Of a stretch of 64,000 nt of DNA, positions 30,301-40,070 are shown piece after piece. The notes beneath the pieces are model-generated. The model was not told the DNA's origin. It ran no database searches and saw only the letters and a program-made list of their open reading frames with translations. A program made the translations under genes and the position numbers. How positions within the stretch are numbered: position 1 is the stretch's first letter; each line of letters starts with the position of its first letter. The DNA comes from Andalucia godoyi And28 (taxonomy: Eukaryota; Protista; Jakobida), in contig VRVR01000018.1 of NCBI GenBank assembly GCA_009859145.1, positions 5,688-69,687 on the forward strand. Direction: 5' to 3'.

Positions 30301-31693
30301 CAAAACCCGACCCTGTCGGTGCAGCACCAGTAGCATCAGAAGAGAACGTGGACCTCCTGCTTGTGGCCCGTCTATCTCTCCGCTTCTGATTGCTTCTGAG
30401 ATTCCAAAAGGTCGAAATCATCTGGAAAGACTCTTCGCTCCATGCATCCTCGACATTGGTGTTGCCGCTGCTGCTGTGGTTGTTCATATAGTCCCACTCG
30501 TTTGCGGCTGCAATGGCGTTAATTTTCCCGTTGGACGTCGGGCTCGATTTCAAATCATTCGAAGACAGCTCTGCCGATGGATCCCAGGACCTCAGAACAC
30601 CAGTCCTGCTGCCTGTGAACAACACATTGTCCGGCCCATGCCAGAACATGGCTGTTTGTGACTCATCCAGCTGCGGAAGCGCCCTCTTCCATTCAAACGT
30701 CGTCTCATCCCACAACTTGACAGTCAAATCCGCAGAAGACGTCGCAATCAGCCGAAGCTCCGGCAGATGACTCACGCACAACAGAGCTCCTGAATGCTCT
30801 ATTGCATGCACGTGCTCCATGGTGATTGCATTCATGATTTTCGCCTTCCTGTTCTTACCGCAACCGATCACGTAGTCAAGAGTTGGAAACGAGTAGATCT
30901 TGCGAATGGGTTCTTCCAGCAACGCCGACCCACAAACCCACTTGTGTGTGTGGCTTCCCTGGTGCGGAACTCTGCAACTCGCATAATAATCTGGGGTTGC
31001 GCCACCCGAGATGGAGGATGTATTCATAAATGTTTGCATAGGAACATAGGAATATGGCTTGATGACTTCTAGCGAGAAGTGCTGGACCTTTGCGGACTCG
31101 ATAAGAAAGGATGTGAATTCGTCCCACTCCACCGTGCCGTCTCCATTAAAGTCGATTTCCTGGAACAGCTCACACAAGTCTGAAATGATCTGCACTTCTG
31201 TTCGGCCATGTAAGACACTCGATGTCATCCGCAACTGGGAAGCAAGCGCCGGATTCACGTCGCCATTATCATCATCTGCGTCGCCTGCCAATCCAAGTTC
31301 CTGAGGCGCATCTGGATTTGCGGACCGCAGATGCTTCTTGATAATTCGCACAAAATCAGGAAGCGGCAGCGCAGAATCCTCAAACTCGTCAAATTCTTCC
31401 TTGAGCGCTGGAATCTCTCCTGCGTCCAAGTCCATCAAAACTTCCACCGCCAATTTCCGAGCGGTTTCGGAAACAGGCTTCACTTTTTTCCGCGGAGTCG
31501 ATCGATTTCCGTTCTTATCTGCCATTGCTGAAGCGCTGGAATTCTCTGCAGAATGAGCAGCCTGGCGTCGAGACTGGATCGGAGAGTCGCCATCATCATG
31601 CAGCGAAAGTTGTCTTCGAGAACTGGATCGATTCATTCTCATCAGCATGTTCGTATTCGCATTCGCATTCATCCTCGCGAAAGCCATAGACAA
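27365..31693 (-). CDS. EF-hand + WD40-repeat protein (WDR49/EFCAB8-like), about 1440 aa
   Basis: EF-hand FQEIDFNGDGTVEWDEF followed by many WD repeats (TSSADLTVKLWD, CSLDSRILLWD, SYDCRVRIW). Start codon ambiguous. Confidence 0.82.
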   Translation of the reverse strand: MSMAFARMNANANTNMLMRMNRSSSRRQLSLHDDGDSPIQSRRQAAHSAENSSASAMADKNGNRSTPRKKVKPVSETARKLAVEVLMDLDAGEIPALKEEFDEFEDSALPLPDFVRIIKKHLRSANPDAPQELGLAGDADDDNGDVNPALASQLRMTSSVLHGRTEVQIISDLCELFQEIDFNGDGTVEWDEFTSFLIESAKVQHFSLEVIKPYSYVPMQTFMNTSSISGGATPDYYASCRVPHQGSHTHKWVCGSALLEEPIRKIYSFPTLDYVIGCGKNRKAKIMNAITMEHVHAIEHSGALLCVSHLPELRLIATSSADLTVKLWDETTFEWKRALPQLDESQTAMFWHGPDNVLFTGSRTGVLRSWDPSAELSSNDLKSSPTSNGKINAIAAANEWDYMNNHSSSGNTNVEDAWSEESFQMISTFWNLRSNQKRRDRRATSRRSTFSSDATGAAPTGSGFGGSTATTSMLESLLPSSKKVGTPNARLYRPKGYVDSSTIDMKSSDALDEDAPHGYADCNIDYLRCKHVYKSRSTIHEHSDAITDMLYLDRDDQLATCSLDSRILLWDISRPTAVEELIGHSKGIHALAFSAEYYFLVSAGFEHDALVWIPNTHAPPFRLRDPRRPHITSLVGVACPSNSPQIITADCAGTVKIWDIRTLQCVQTLSVDNVSPSTSSSSSSSISRRRGSGSGGRSVSTSGIDKSVAPAANGPDVISSLCFFEDRHVAIAGSRFQTISESDARFFESQQGFKVEKVASRIICGGKRLHALEYESDADPILADDKPIIASMYDESSFTFFTASGKDVRVWDARSGNLVQMFNNLTTTEITAMCFDDRKRKFFLGTHSGECKCFNTANGAFVKEYTELSGSEVSSLVYCDRRRHLLSTSWDGSIRILDDEEPNEGFVVRTLGVRMHQQQGSLPGSRGNPSMSSTASVASDDLDMNRPHDRFSADAGTGGGGGFGGGGGGGGGEDGLRSSTAPFLTLTPDQSADADFSCVSMDASLDLSGQAAEFGTPSRQTPATSAPGSRSSKRLARFGDDPVPAVAAKAYDLNPFGHVGDIKCCAFSEHTSLFVTGGQDKCVCVWEFDEKKPRLEEKLTGFSGEIASIHFLGHLPAFVVADANGLLYLYCCRPYPFAYRRLLQWSNDKPLARTRPASSLSARSSGSAAGQKHGIAPLEASVTCLGFDMCKYKCKIGASSRASSRPSTRGGSTSSRAFSRALESIQDEKSGVAAASEMALLFSADDRGWVRVFSLAGVIDALQLETTTWPRPPNVPPSYLHLTSEPQVDASLVQQVSVFRAHYDSIRSLSVLPEQQAVVTSSYDCRVRIWSYEGISMGGLHQAPLSEAQKAEDPYRFVVDEEKRVSDEVARVRDVMKKMLVKRRILEVFSKDVSKDVSKDVSKDVSKDASGSPIQSAVLNSGSTTTTASKSMAGLLGKIKSM
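27469..27528. repeat. Coding 12-bp tandem repeat (5 units) encoding KDVS repeats
   Basis: (C[A/G]TCTTTTGAAA)x5 within the WD protein C-tail, giving SKDVSKDVSKDVSKDVSKDAS. Confidence 0.9.
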
Positions 31694-32354
31694 GGGGGGG
31701 GGGGGGGGACGGAAAACAGGTAATCAAAGATCGGGGGAAAAGGAAAAAAAAAAAAAAAAGGAAGAGAAAACTCAGATTATAGATTATATCACTGTAATGC
31801 CGCACGTGTATTATATCACTACTTCGAAGCTAGAAGAAGAAGAAGAAGAAGAAGAAGAAGAAGAAATGAATCGTAATCTTCATAGTCGTGGCAATGGAAA
31901 ATAGTGAAAACACGAGGGAAGCGTCCAAACTGCAGAGCCAAAGAAACGCCACAGATGATGAAATGAAAAACTCTGCTGTAAATCACAGCTGAGGGGGATC
32001 GACGTGATGCTTGGGAGCTGAGACTGGGTTCATCCCTGATGTCGGATGACGCATGGGCGCACAGGGTGGAAAAATTCGGGGAACTTTGTCGGGAAATGTC
32101 GGAGGATATCGGGAAGCATCTCCATTTGCTGCAAACTTGACATTGCTCCTTCGCGCATCAAAAAAGCCCACAACAAAACATTACACTTTTTTCTTTGCTC
32201 GTTTCTTCTTTTCTCGGGTTTTTGTTTTTAGTTAGAGTGTTTTTAATCCAGAACCTCTAATTCACCAAATCTTTTTCCCCCTTCTCCAAAAGACCATAAG
32301 ATCGGTTTCTTTCATTCCGTTTGTTGCTTTTTGTGTCCATTGCCAGTTCCAGAA

Positions 32355-33497
32355 ATGCGAATTGAAGCGGATGTCAAGCTGGATTTCGACAATGTGCTGA
32401 TTCGTCCGAAACGCTCAACTCTAAAGTCGCGTGCAGAGGTTGATCTGTGCAGATCTTTTGTGTTCCGTCACACCGGAACTTCATGGTCCGGTGTGCCCAT
32501 TGCGGCCGCCAATATGGATACAAGTATGAATCCTTGCGATTACCATTTCTCCTTCTCCTTCTCGTTCATCTTCCTCGTCTTTTTCGTGTCGAGCATTCTT
32601 ATCGTGGTTATCGTGTTTTCTATAGCTGGTACGTTTGAAATGGCACAGGCGCTGGCTCTGGAACGAGTTGTGACTTGTGTCCACAAGTACTATGACAAGA
32701 CAGCGTGGACGGAGTTTGCACAGATGGCGCCGGCGGCTCTGCCGTTTGTTGCCGTGTCGACTGGGATTTCAGACGGAGAAATCGAGATGGCTGAGTGGGT
32801 CATCAATGCGTTCCCGTCAGTGGGATTCCTGTGCATTGATGTCGCGAACGGCTATACACAACGTTTCGTCGAAGTGGTTCGGTCTTGCAGGGCCAAGTTT
32901 CCCAATACTCCGATTATTGCTGGAAATGTCGTTACGGGAGAAATGACGGAAGAGCTCATCTTGTCAGGAGCCGACATTGTCAAGATTGGGATTGGCTCCG
33001 GATCTGCATGCACGACCCGCAAGCTGACCGGCGTGGGATACCCGCAGCTGTCAGCAATCATTGAATGCTCGGATGCTGCTCACGGTCTTGGCGGATGGGT
33101 CATGTCAGACGGTGGCTGTACAAAGCCAGGCGATATCGCAAAAGCATTTGCCGGCGGTGCGGATTTTGTCATGCTTGGTGGCATGTTTGCGGGACATGCA
33201 GAGTCCGGCGGAGAGCTTGAGGTCGACGAACATGGGAATCAGACGAAGGTCTTCTACGGAATGTCCTCGGCGACGGCGATGTCCAAGTATGCCGGCGGCG
33301 TTGCAAATTACCGCGCTGCAGAGGGAAAGACCGTTCGAATTCCATTCCGCGGACCTGTCAGTGGAACCATCCAGGACATTCTTGGCGGACTTCGCTCAAC
33401 GTGCACGTACGTCGGAGCTACGAAACTCAAAGAACTTTCGAAGCGAACGACATTCGTCCGTGTTACGCAGCAGCTGAACACTGTTTTCGACGCTTGA
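32355..33497 (+). CDS. GMPR: GMP reductase (GuaC/GMPR type), two exons
   Basis: [19 protein letters not shown]; removing intron 32524-32625 (GTATGA...TAG) restores AANMDTTGTFEMA; also [20 protein letters not shown] and FYGMSS. Confidence 0.95.
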   Translation: MRIEADVKLDFDNVLIRPKRSTLKSRAEVDLCRSFVFRHTGTSWSGVPIAAANMDTSMNPCDYHFSFSFSFIFLVFFVSSILIVVIVFSIAGTFEMAQALALERVVTCVHKYYDKTAWTEFAQMAPAALPFVAVSTGISDGEIEMAEWVINAFPSVGFLCIDVANGYTQRFVEVVRSCRAKFPNTPIIAGNVVTGEMTEELILSGADIVKIGIGSGSACTTRKLTGVGYPQLSAIIECSDAAHGLGGWVMSDGGCTKPGDIAKAFAGGADFVMLGGMFAGHAESGGELEVDEHGNQTKVFYGMSSATAMSKYAGGVANYRAAEGKTVRIPFRGPVSGTIQDILGGLRSTCTYVGATKLKELSKRTTFVRVTQQLNTVFDA

Positions 33498-33661
33498 CAC
33501 AAATGGAGTGTCTTTTCCCTTTGTCAGTAAATTAGACGTGGTGTTGGTTTGTTTTTCTTTTCTTTTCTTTTTTTCTTTTTTTTCTTTTTGCCCCGCTTCC
33601 TTCTTTCTTTCTACATCGACCCCATAAGATCAGCATCATAAAAAGATTTACAAAGACTTAT

Positions 33662-36600
33662 TTAGCCATGCAGTATCGACAGTGCGTGCAGCAATGCGGA
33701 GCGCAATTGCGCAGGTAGAACGTGATCCGACAAGGTACCCGGAGTCAGAACATGCTGCAATGTTTTGACAATCGCCACTTCAAACGGGCCGCCAACCTGC
33801 TTCACGGACTGAATCCATTGATCGGGGCTCTTCAGCCAAGAGGACAGCACCTTTTGAGAAGCGCCCCAGACACTGTCGTCATGATCCTCCAAAGACAGCA
33901 GCAGCGCACGGGAGGATCGAGGACCAAGTTTCTCGAGCCCGACTATGGACGTCAGTCTAACGAGTGGATTTTGGTCCTTCAGCAACGCCTCAACAAGAAG
34001 TAGCTCACCCTGCGGAGCACACTTGCTCAAACACTCCGCAGCTTCAGTCCGAACACCTCGGTCTGCGTCCTTGAGCATGCTATAAAATACCGGTAACAGC
34101 GCCTCCGCCGTTACCAATTCAAAAGCAGCAAATGCTGACAATGCCAATCCATGCTCGCCGCCCACTGTCGGAAGCAACAGCGGAAAGATGCATGTTTGGG
34201 TAGTGATTTGCAGCGTCAGCAGCGCTTCCAACGCAGACTTTCGGACTTGAGGAAGAGCATCACTGATGCAATGCATCACGCGCTCCACAACCAGAGTCAG
34301 CAGCGATGGAGCATGCTCCAGCGTCCACACAAGACGGGGCTCGACTGTTTTTCGGGTGCAAATGTTGAGGGTCCCTCCCAATGCGCAAACTGCGGCGCAC
34401 CGCACGGCAGGGGACTCTTTTGAAGTGGAATAACCCGTGATTCCCATCAGCACATCGAGACCGTGTTTTCCCATGGAGACAATTGCACCGGCAACTTCGC
34501 TTCGGTTGAGAGAACCGTCGCGCAGCACTCGCAGAAGCACTTCGATCACGTGCAGACACTCGCGATCGATGCTTTTCCACAACCGATCATCAAGCCCACT
34601 AGCCTGCTGTCTGAAATAGAAGCGAGGAGACGCAAAGAGGACACCGATCTGGGAGACGGCGCGCAAAGCACTGTGCCGCACCTTGAAAAAGGCATCCGAA
34701 CGAATGATGCCGCACAACATGCGGGTGCTCTCGAGCACGCCCTGCAAATTTCCGGATGCAACCAACAGTCGTGGAATAGCAAGAAGACACTCTTCTCGGA
34801 CTGTTGGGTCGGAATCGCGCTCCGCACTGGACAGCAGATACTTGATCGCCGGGACACCGGACTTTGCATCCAGTCGGCCAAGCCCGCGAGCACTGGCGAT
34901 GCGAACGAGGGACTCCGCGTCGCTGAGACCAGAAATCAAAGCAGCCACAACATCCGTTGTCGGAGCCATGTGAGAAAATACAGAATTTGAACTGACTCCC
35001 GGTGGGCAGATTGACGACTGGGGAGACTGGATAGCGTCGCTTGAAGGCAGCGATAAGAAAGCGGACGACGCCAGCATAACAACAGGGAAATGGTCCCATG
35101 CTGGATCGTTCCAGATCATGTTGCGAATCTCATGCAACAGATCCCGGGAGTCAATCTGTACAACATTCTTCGGGAATGCAATACTCTCCAATGACGGCTG
35201 GATGGGCATTTCGTCAGACAGGCCAAGAAGACCAGAGGGATCGACGACGGACGGCGCAAGAACTTCAAATAGATCCGGAAGAGCGTCTGCCTCTCCGCTC
35301 GGATATCGCAGAAGTTGCGAGATGCGGGGGGCACTGCCGTCTAAAGCCGATGCACCCATCGTCTGGAACTGCATGTGTCGCACGCGGCTGTGATGATCGA
35401 TGCCGACACGTGTGACTCCAAACGGGAGTTGTTTGGCTTGAAAGGCACTCGAAGGGATGAAAATCCTAGGAAATGACAAAGCATGGGCACAGGCGGCGCG
35501 CGTGCGGTGCGACTTGTGACCTGTCGCCCAGTCAATGAGCCACTTTTCCGCAGGGCCATCGCCACAAACACGAAGAACATGCGCAAGGATGTTACGATCT
35601 TGTGTCTGCATATTCTGGCCAGGACCCTCAAAAAAGGATGCAACGTCCTTTGAATAGTCACGAAACCGGTCCATGAAGTACGGAATTACACGAGTGACTA
35701 CCTCAAACAACAAGGGTTCATGGACGAGGTCGTGGACGATGCGAGGAAGAACAATCTTGTCGATTGCCACAGGATGATTCGCTAGCAGCTGCAAAATAGC
35801 ATCCGCGAACGGATTCTTCGCAAGGAATTCGTATAAGACATGGACTCCCAGTTTTCCTAGTCGGAACAAGGAATACGTCGCAAAAGGCGCCACAAAATTC
35901 GCGATTGTGTTGGCAGCATCCAAAGAGTCTTGGAGAATTCGCAAGACCGTCGGGACAAAGATGCCCATCACTTCTTCAGGAGACAAGATAGACTTCCACA
36001 CAGGGCCCAGTATGTTACAACAATCAAAGATCAGGGCGATGCAGTATGCGTCTTGATGAATATAGATGTCAAACAACTCGGAGATGCCACGCAAGATTGT
36101 CGAATACGTCTTTTGTGAATAGCAAGCAATTCCACGAGCATGTGCTGCATGCATCGTTCGCAACAGACCCTCCGCGGCTCCAAGTCGGACATCATGTCTC
36201 TTGTGTCGCAAGTAGTCCAAGAAAAAGATGGCTTGCTCGTCCCGAGAAGCGAGCGGCAGTTCAGGAGGAGGCGGAATGACATCAAGATTCGAAACAAAGG
36301 CATCCAACTTCGGGGGAGGCGGAAATTCAGCTGCCGTCATCGTTTGGGTCGGCCTCGAAAACGGTGCTTTTCGTACGGAAGACTCCAAATCGCGGAAAAT
36401 ATCATCCACAAGATGAGCTGAATCCACGAGTCTTGTGGAAGCGTCGAGACTGGAGCGATCCAAAGATGCATCAGACGGTGGCGGCGGCGATCCTCGCTTG
36501 ACAGGGCTTGCATTTTTGTCGGGACTCAACTTCTTGCTTGGGCTCGACTTCTTGTTTGGAGAAGGCGATCCTGATTTCAGCACAGTCCCCAAGGCGACTC

Positions 36601-37276
36601 TGGAGCTGCCCGCATCCGCATGCTTCTTCACGATCGAGTTCAAGGACTGCGAAATGCGAATTGGGCTTGAGAGTGTTGCGTCGAGCATGCTTTGATTATT
36701 GCTATCTACATCCTGAGAGCCCAACTGCTGATCCGCATTCGTCATTGGGGTCTCCATAAGCGGAAGCTCGTCCGGGTTTCTTGTTCCGTATGACAATTGG
36801 GAGTGGCTTTTTTGCGCAGATGAAGCCTGTCTGGACAGCACGGTTTTTTCGTAGAAGCTGGCTATCTTAGCATCTGCATTCGAAGATGCGGATCTTTCGA
36901 CGTGCATAGCCTTTTCCACGATCGCTTCCGACGATGAAGATGGCGACGAACGAACTGCCAACAGCTGCTCTGCAGGAGTCAGCTTTCTCTGCAACGACAA
37001 CGACACAGACGCGGACGCGGACGAAGACGAAGACGAGTGGTGCTGATGATCAAGATGGCTTATCCTCAGATTCTCGTCATTTGCCGCAGCCGCCGCAGTT
37101 GGAATTGACGATAACGGCTTATTCTTCACGTTCAGATGTGGGAATTCTTCAAGAATGCTGCGAGACGTCGAGTTGGACACATCCGATGGGAGCGGAGTTC
37201 CCACAGAAAACCGCTCATACAAGGCCTGTGCATCGTGCTCCAGCTGCTCCAAAAAGTCCAATGTAAACTGCGACAT
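33662..37276 (-). CDS. Large HEAT-repeat protein with a Ser-rich disordered N-terminus, 1204 aa
   Basis: Repeated DxxxxVRxxA units (DAESLVRIAS, DSDPTVREEC, DADRGVRTEAA, DQNPLVRLTS). Confidence 0.8.
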   Translation of the reverse strand: MSQFTLDFLEQLEHDAQALYERFSVGTPLPSDVSNSTSRSILEEFPHLNVKNKPLSSIPTAAAAANDENLRISHLDHQHHSSSSSSASASVSLSLQRKLTPAEQLLAVRSSPSSSSEAIVEKAMHVERSASSNADAKIASFYEKTVLSRQASSAQKSHSQLSYGTRNPDELPLMETPMTNADQQLGSQDVDSNNQSMLDATLSSPIRISQSLNSIVKKHADAGSSRVALGTVLKSGSPSPNKKSSPSKKLSPDKNASPVKRGSPPPPSDASLDRSSLDASTRLVDSAHLVDDIFRDLESSVRKAPFSRPTQTMTAAEFPPPPKLDAFVSNLDVIPPPPELPLASRDEQAIFFLDYLRHKRHDVRLGAAEGLLRTMHAAHARGIACYSQKTYSTILRGISELFDIYIHQDAYCIALIFDCCNILGPVWKSILSPEEVMGIFVPTVLRILQDSLDAANTIANFVAPFATYSLFRLGKLGVHVLYEFLAKNPFADAILQLLANHPVAIDKIVLPRIVHDLVHEPLLFEVVTRVIPYFMDRFRDYSKDVASFFEGPGQNMQTQDRNILAHVLRVCGDGPAEKWLIDWATGHKSHRTRAACAHALSFPRIFIPSSAFQAKQLPFGVTRVGIDHHSRVRHMQFQTMGASALDGSAPRISQLLRYPSGEADALPDLFEVLAPSVVDPSGLLGLSDEMPIQPSLESIAFPKNVVQIDSRDLLHEIRNMIWNDPAWDHFPVVMLASSAFLSLPSSDAIQSPQSSICPPGVSSNSVFSHMAPTTDVVAALISGLSDAESLVRIASARGLGRLDAKSGVPAIKYLLSSAERDSDPTVREECLLAIPRLLVASGNLQGVLESTRMLCGIIRSDAFFKVRHSALRAVSQIGVLFASPRFYFRQQASGLDDRLWKSIDRECLHVIEVLLRVLRDGSLNRSEVAGAIVSMGKHGLDVLMGITGYSTSKESPAVRCAAVCALGGTLNICTRKTVEPRLVWTLEHAPSLLTLVVERVMHCISDALPQVRKSALEALLTLQITTQTCIFPLLLPTVGGEHGLALSAFAAFELVTAEALLPVFYSMLKDADRGVRTEAAECLSKCAPQGELLLVEALLKDQNPLVRLTSIVGLEKLGPRSSRALLLSLEDHDDSVWGASQKVLSSWLKSPDQWIQSVKQVGGPFEVAIVKTLQHVLTPGTLSDHVLPAQLRSALLHALSILHG

Positions 37277-37663
37277 TTCTGCTCTGCTTGTGCTGTCCTA
37301 ATTCACGAAACGACACGACACGGCACGGATCTGAGCGGAAATCGAGAGTTTTTTTAAACACCAGTATAGTATTTTTAATTATTGTATGTAAAAGAATTAA
37401 ACACAGTCACTGCTGCTTCATTGAAACGAGATTGTGCTGCAGCAGCCCGGGGAATTGCCGAAACCAAGCAACGCCTAGTGCTTGAGACTTTGAGACTTGA
37501 GGCTTCATGTTGCATGATCCAGCACTTTAATTTCGTTCTAGCCAGATGGGGAAAAACAACGCCTCTAGGTTATCGTTTCCAAGCATTTTTGTCAGAGACG
37601 ATGAAAACAGGGGAAGGAAAAAAAAAACATGATGGGAACAGCTCAATCGTTGTCAACGGTGTT

Positions 37664-38521
37664 TTACCGGTGTGCTGACTCGATTTGCTCAATAGAACGG
37701 ATGAGGAGGAGGTGCTCGAGGAGAGATTCTCGGCCTATTCTCTGCTGTCGCTGCTCCAACTCCACAGCGAGTGACTGTTCTTCATGAATCACGTGGCTCA
37801 TCATCGCCGCAGCCATTTTCACAGAACGCAGACTATCATCCTTGCGAATGGACTGTGCGGTTCTTTGGCTAGACACCTTCGTTGCGGACGACTCTGCGAC
37901 CGGAATCTCTTTGGGTGCCGATGAACCCTGTTGCTCCTTCTGCCGCTGCAACTGCAATTGGTCTTCTTCTTTTTGCTGGCGAAGCAGTTCCTGTAGTACC
38001 TCGACCTCTATTTCGTACACTTCATCCTTTGAATTATCGCTCGTTTGGGACTCGAGGATTCTGAGCATGTCTCGCTTTGCCCGCTTTGCGCTGTTCTTCA
38101 AATCGCCGTCCCCGGAGTCCAAGCTCGCCCACTTTGAACTTGTCGAACTCTCCTCCACATCAAGAAACGCGTCTCGATCAACTGGAAATGTATCAATGGC
38201 GGCGATGCGAACCGGAACCGTCTGAACTCCAGCATCTCTTTTCCGTGATGGAACCCCCGCCTTCTCCTGCCGCCCCTCCACTGCCGCTCCCGAAGCGAGA
38301 GAAGAAGCAAGCTGTTGAATTTGTTTTGAAGGCTGCAACACGCTGGAATTCGTCCTAAAATTCGGAGCAAATCGACGCTCTCCAAGGACATTCCGGAGTG
38401 TCATTGCAGAACGAAAAGTCATTGGAAACACAGAAGATGGATCACTTTTGTTTTCATCGTGAACAGAATTCGACGACGAGGGAGTGGAATGCGTGTGAGA
38501 CTGTGCGTCCGAAGCCGCCAT
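37664..38521 (-). CDS. Hypothetical protein with coiled-coil segments, 285 aa
   Basis: ATG-initiated ORF between AT-rich intergenic blocks; no recognised family. Confidence 0.65.
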   Translation of the reverse strand: MAASDAQSHTHSTPSSSNSVHDENKSDPSSVFPMTFRSAMTLRNVLGERRFAPNFRTNSSVLQPSKQIQQLASSLASGAAVEGRQEKAGVPSRKRDAGVQTVPVRIAAIDTFPVDRDAFLDVEESSTSSKWASLDSGDGDLKNSAKRAKRDMLRILESQTSDNSKDEVYEIEVEVLQELLRQQKEEDQLQLQRQKEQQGSSAPKEIPVAESSATKVSSQRTAQSIRKDDSLRSVKMAAAMMSHVIHEEQSLAVELEQRQQRIGRESLLEHLLLIRSIEQIESAHR

Positions 38522-38956
38522 TGGAAATCAGTGCGAATCCGAGGACGGGGGGAAGGTGGTGAGAAAAGGCGAAAGAAACGAAAGAAACGGAATATTTGGA
38601 CGGATAATCGGAGGAAAACAGAGAATTACAAAATAAAATGGAATAAATGAAGTGAAAAAGAACGGGAAAAGAGGAATGGATACACGAGTACTGGTTGGAT
38701 TGAAGGAAAAATGCCAAACAAATGATAGCGCTTTTTTATAGCAAGCACCCGCCACCCGAAATCATGGCGGGCAAACGCAAAGGAGTGAGCAAAGAGTGAG
38801 GGAGGGGCGCTTTCTCCGAGCCTCAGGGTTGATGCAACCTCGTTGATGCTCTTCACTTCTTCGAAATGACTTCACAAGCTCTTTTCTTTTTGCTTTGTTT
38901 TTATGGTGGAAAAAATATGGATTGGATTTTGGATTTGGATTGGAAAGAGGAGCAAC

Positions 38957-39757
38957 ATGCCGAAAACGAATGAGACAGAGACGGAGAGACTTGCTCGCGA
39001 AGCAAAGGAGATGGAGGACAATTTGGCTGCGCTTCGGGCAATGATGGCGCAAAAGAAGGATTCAGGAGTGCGGACTGAGCGTGGAACTCGGTGGCGTGCC
39101 GGTGCGTCTCTTCGGCCACATGTCCCAAATAGGTATTCAGAAACAGTTGCAGAATCCGCGACAGAAGCATCGACATCATTGCCGCAGCAGCAACAACGAG
39201 AACAATCGTTCAACAAGGAGAATATTGACCAGGGAAGAACAGTTGGAGGTGGGAAATACGAAGTGCTCGACGGCAGTGAGCCTGTCCGAAGGAGACACTG
39301 GACTGAGATAGCGGGAAATGACAGAACTGGGGACCATGGTGGTGCTTCAAGTTCTGCGAAAATTGCAGAAGACGAGTCCTTGCTGATGGGTGACTACGAC
39401 GAAACTGCATCCGCGGCTGCATTCCAAGCCGCATTGGCCGAGTGGAGAAGCGCAAAGAGCGCGTCTTCGCAGCCGCTCCGTGTTGCGGCCTCTGCTGCCG
39501 GTGCTGCTGGGACGAGAAATGAAACAAGCATATCGGTCATTCCCAAGAATCTGCGGACGGAAACTCCGGTTATCAAGTCGTCAGAGGCGGGAGTGGGGAC
39601 CTCGGATTCTGGTTTTGAAAGGACTGCAAATTTTGCGCGGTTTGCAAGATACGTTCCCGGCGTTCAATCCGTCGGTTCGCAAGAACGCGGACCTTTGTTC
39701 TTTGAAGAGATTAGAAGAAGAATTCGGGTTGCTCGGGCACTCGCTGCACTGGAATGA
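38957..39757 (+). CDS. ZBBX-like (ciliary-type) protein lacking the B-box
   Basis: N-terminal coiled coil ending RWRAG and the motif GDYDETASAAAFQAALAEWR, which recalls the ZBBX D-E-xx-SA-xx-FQ-xxL-xx-WR motif. Confidence 0.5.
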   Translation: MPKTNETETERLAREAKEMEDNLAALRAMMAQKKDSGVRTERGTRWRAGASLRPHVPNRYSETVAESATEASTSLPQQQQREQSFNKENIDQGRTVGGGKYEVLDGSEPVRRRHWTEIAGNDRTGDHGGASSSAKIAEDESLLMGDYDETASAAAFQAALAEWRSAKSASSQPLRVAASAAGAAGTRNETSISVIPKNLRTETPVIKSSEAGVGTSDSGFERTANFARFARYVPGVQSVGSQERGPLFFEEIRRRIRVARALAALE

Positions 39758-40070
39758 CAGCACTGCGTGTTGCCTCTCACTCACTGGCAGCTCCTAATTT
39801 CATAATAAGCAATATTTACTGTTCATTTTTTCTTCTTCTCTTCTTCTCTTCTCTTTCTTTTTTCGTTTGTTTGTGTTTTGTTTGGCAAAGCGTGTCGGTA
39901 ACGGGACTGGTCAACCAAGAAACCCCGTCTGAATAGCAAACACAGCAAGATTTATGGAAACACTCAAAGGGAGGCGGGGAAACAACTATACAACGATCTA
40001 CAATCAAATCTTCAATTCTTGCATTGAGAAGAATGTGGGGGGGATTGCAGCTGGAAAAAACAGCAGACGT

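Noticed and set aside
5061-33497. purA and GMP reductase as a purine gene cluster
   Set aside because: They are 26 kb apart with many unrelated genes between them.
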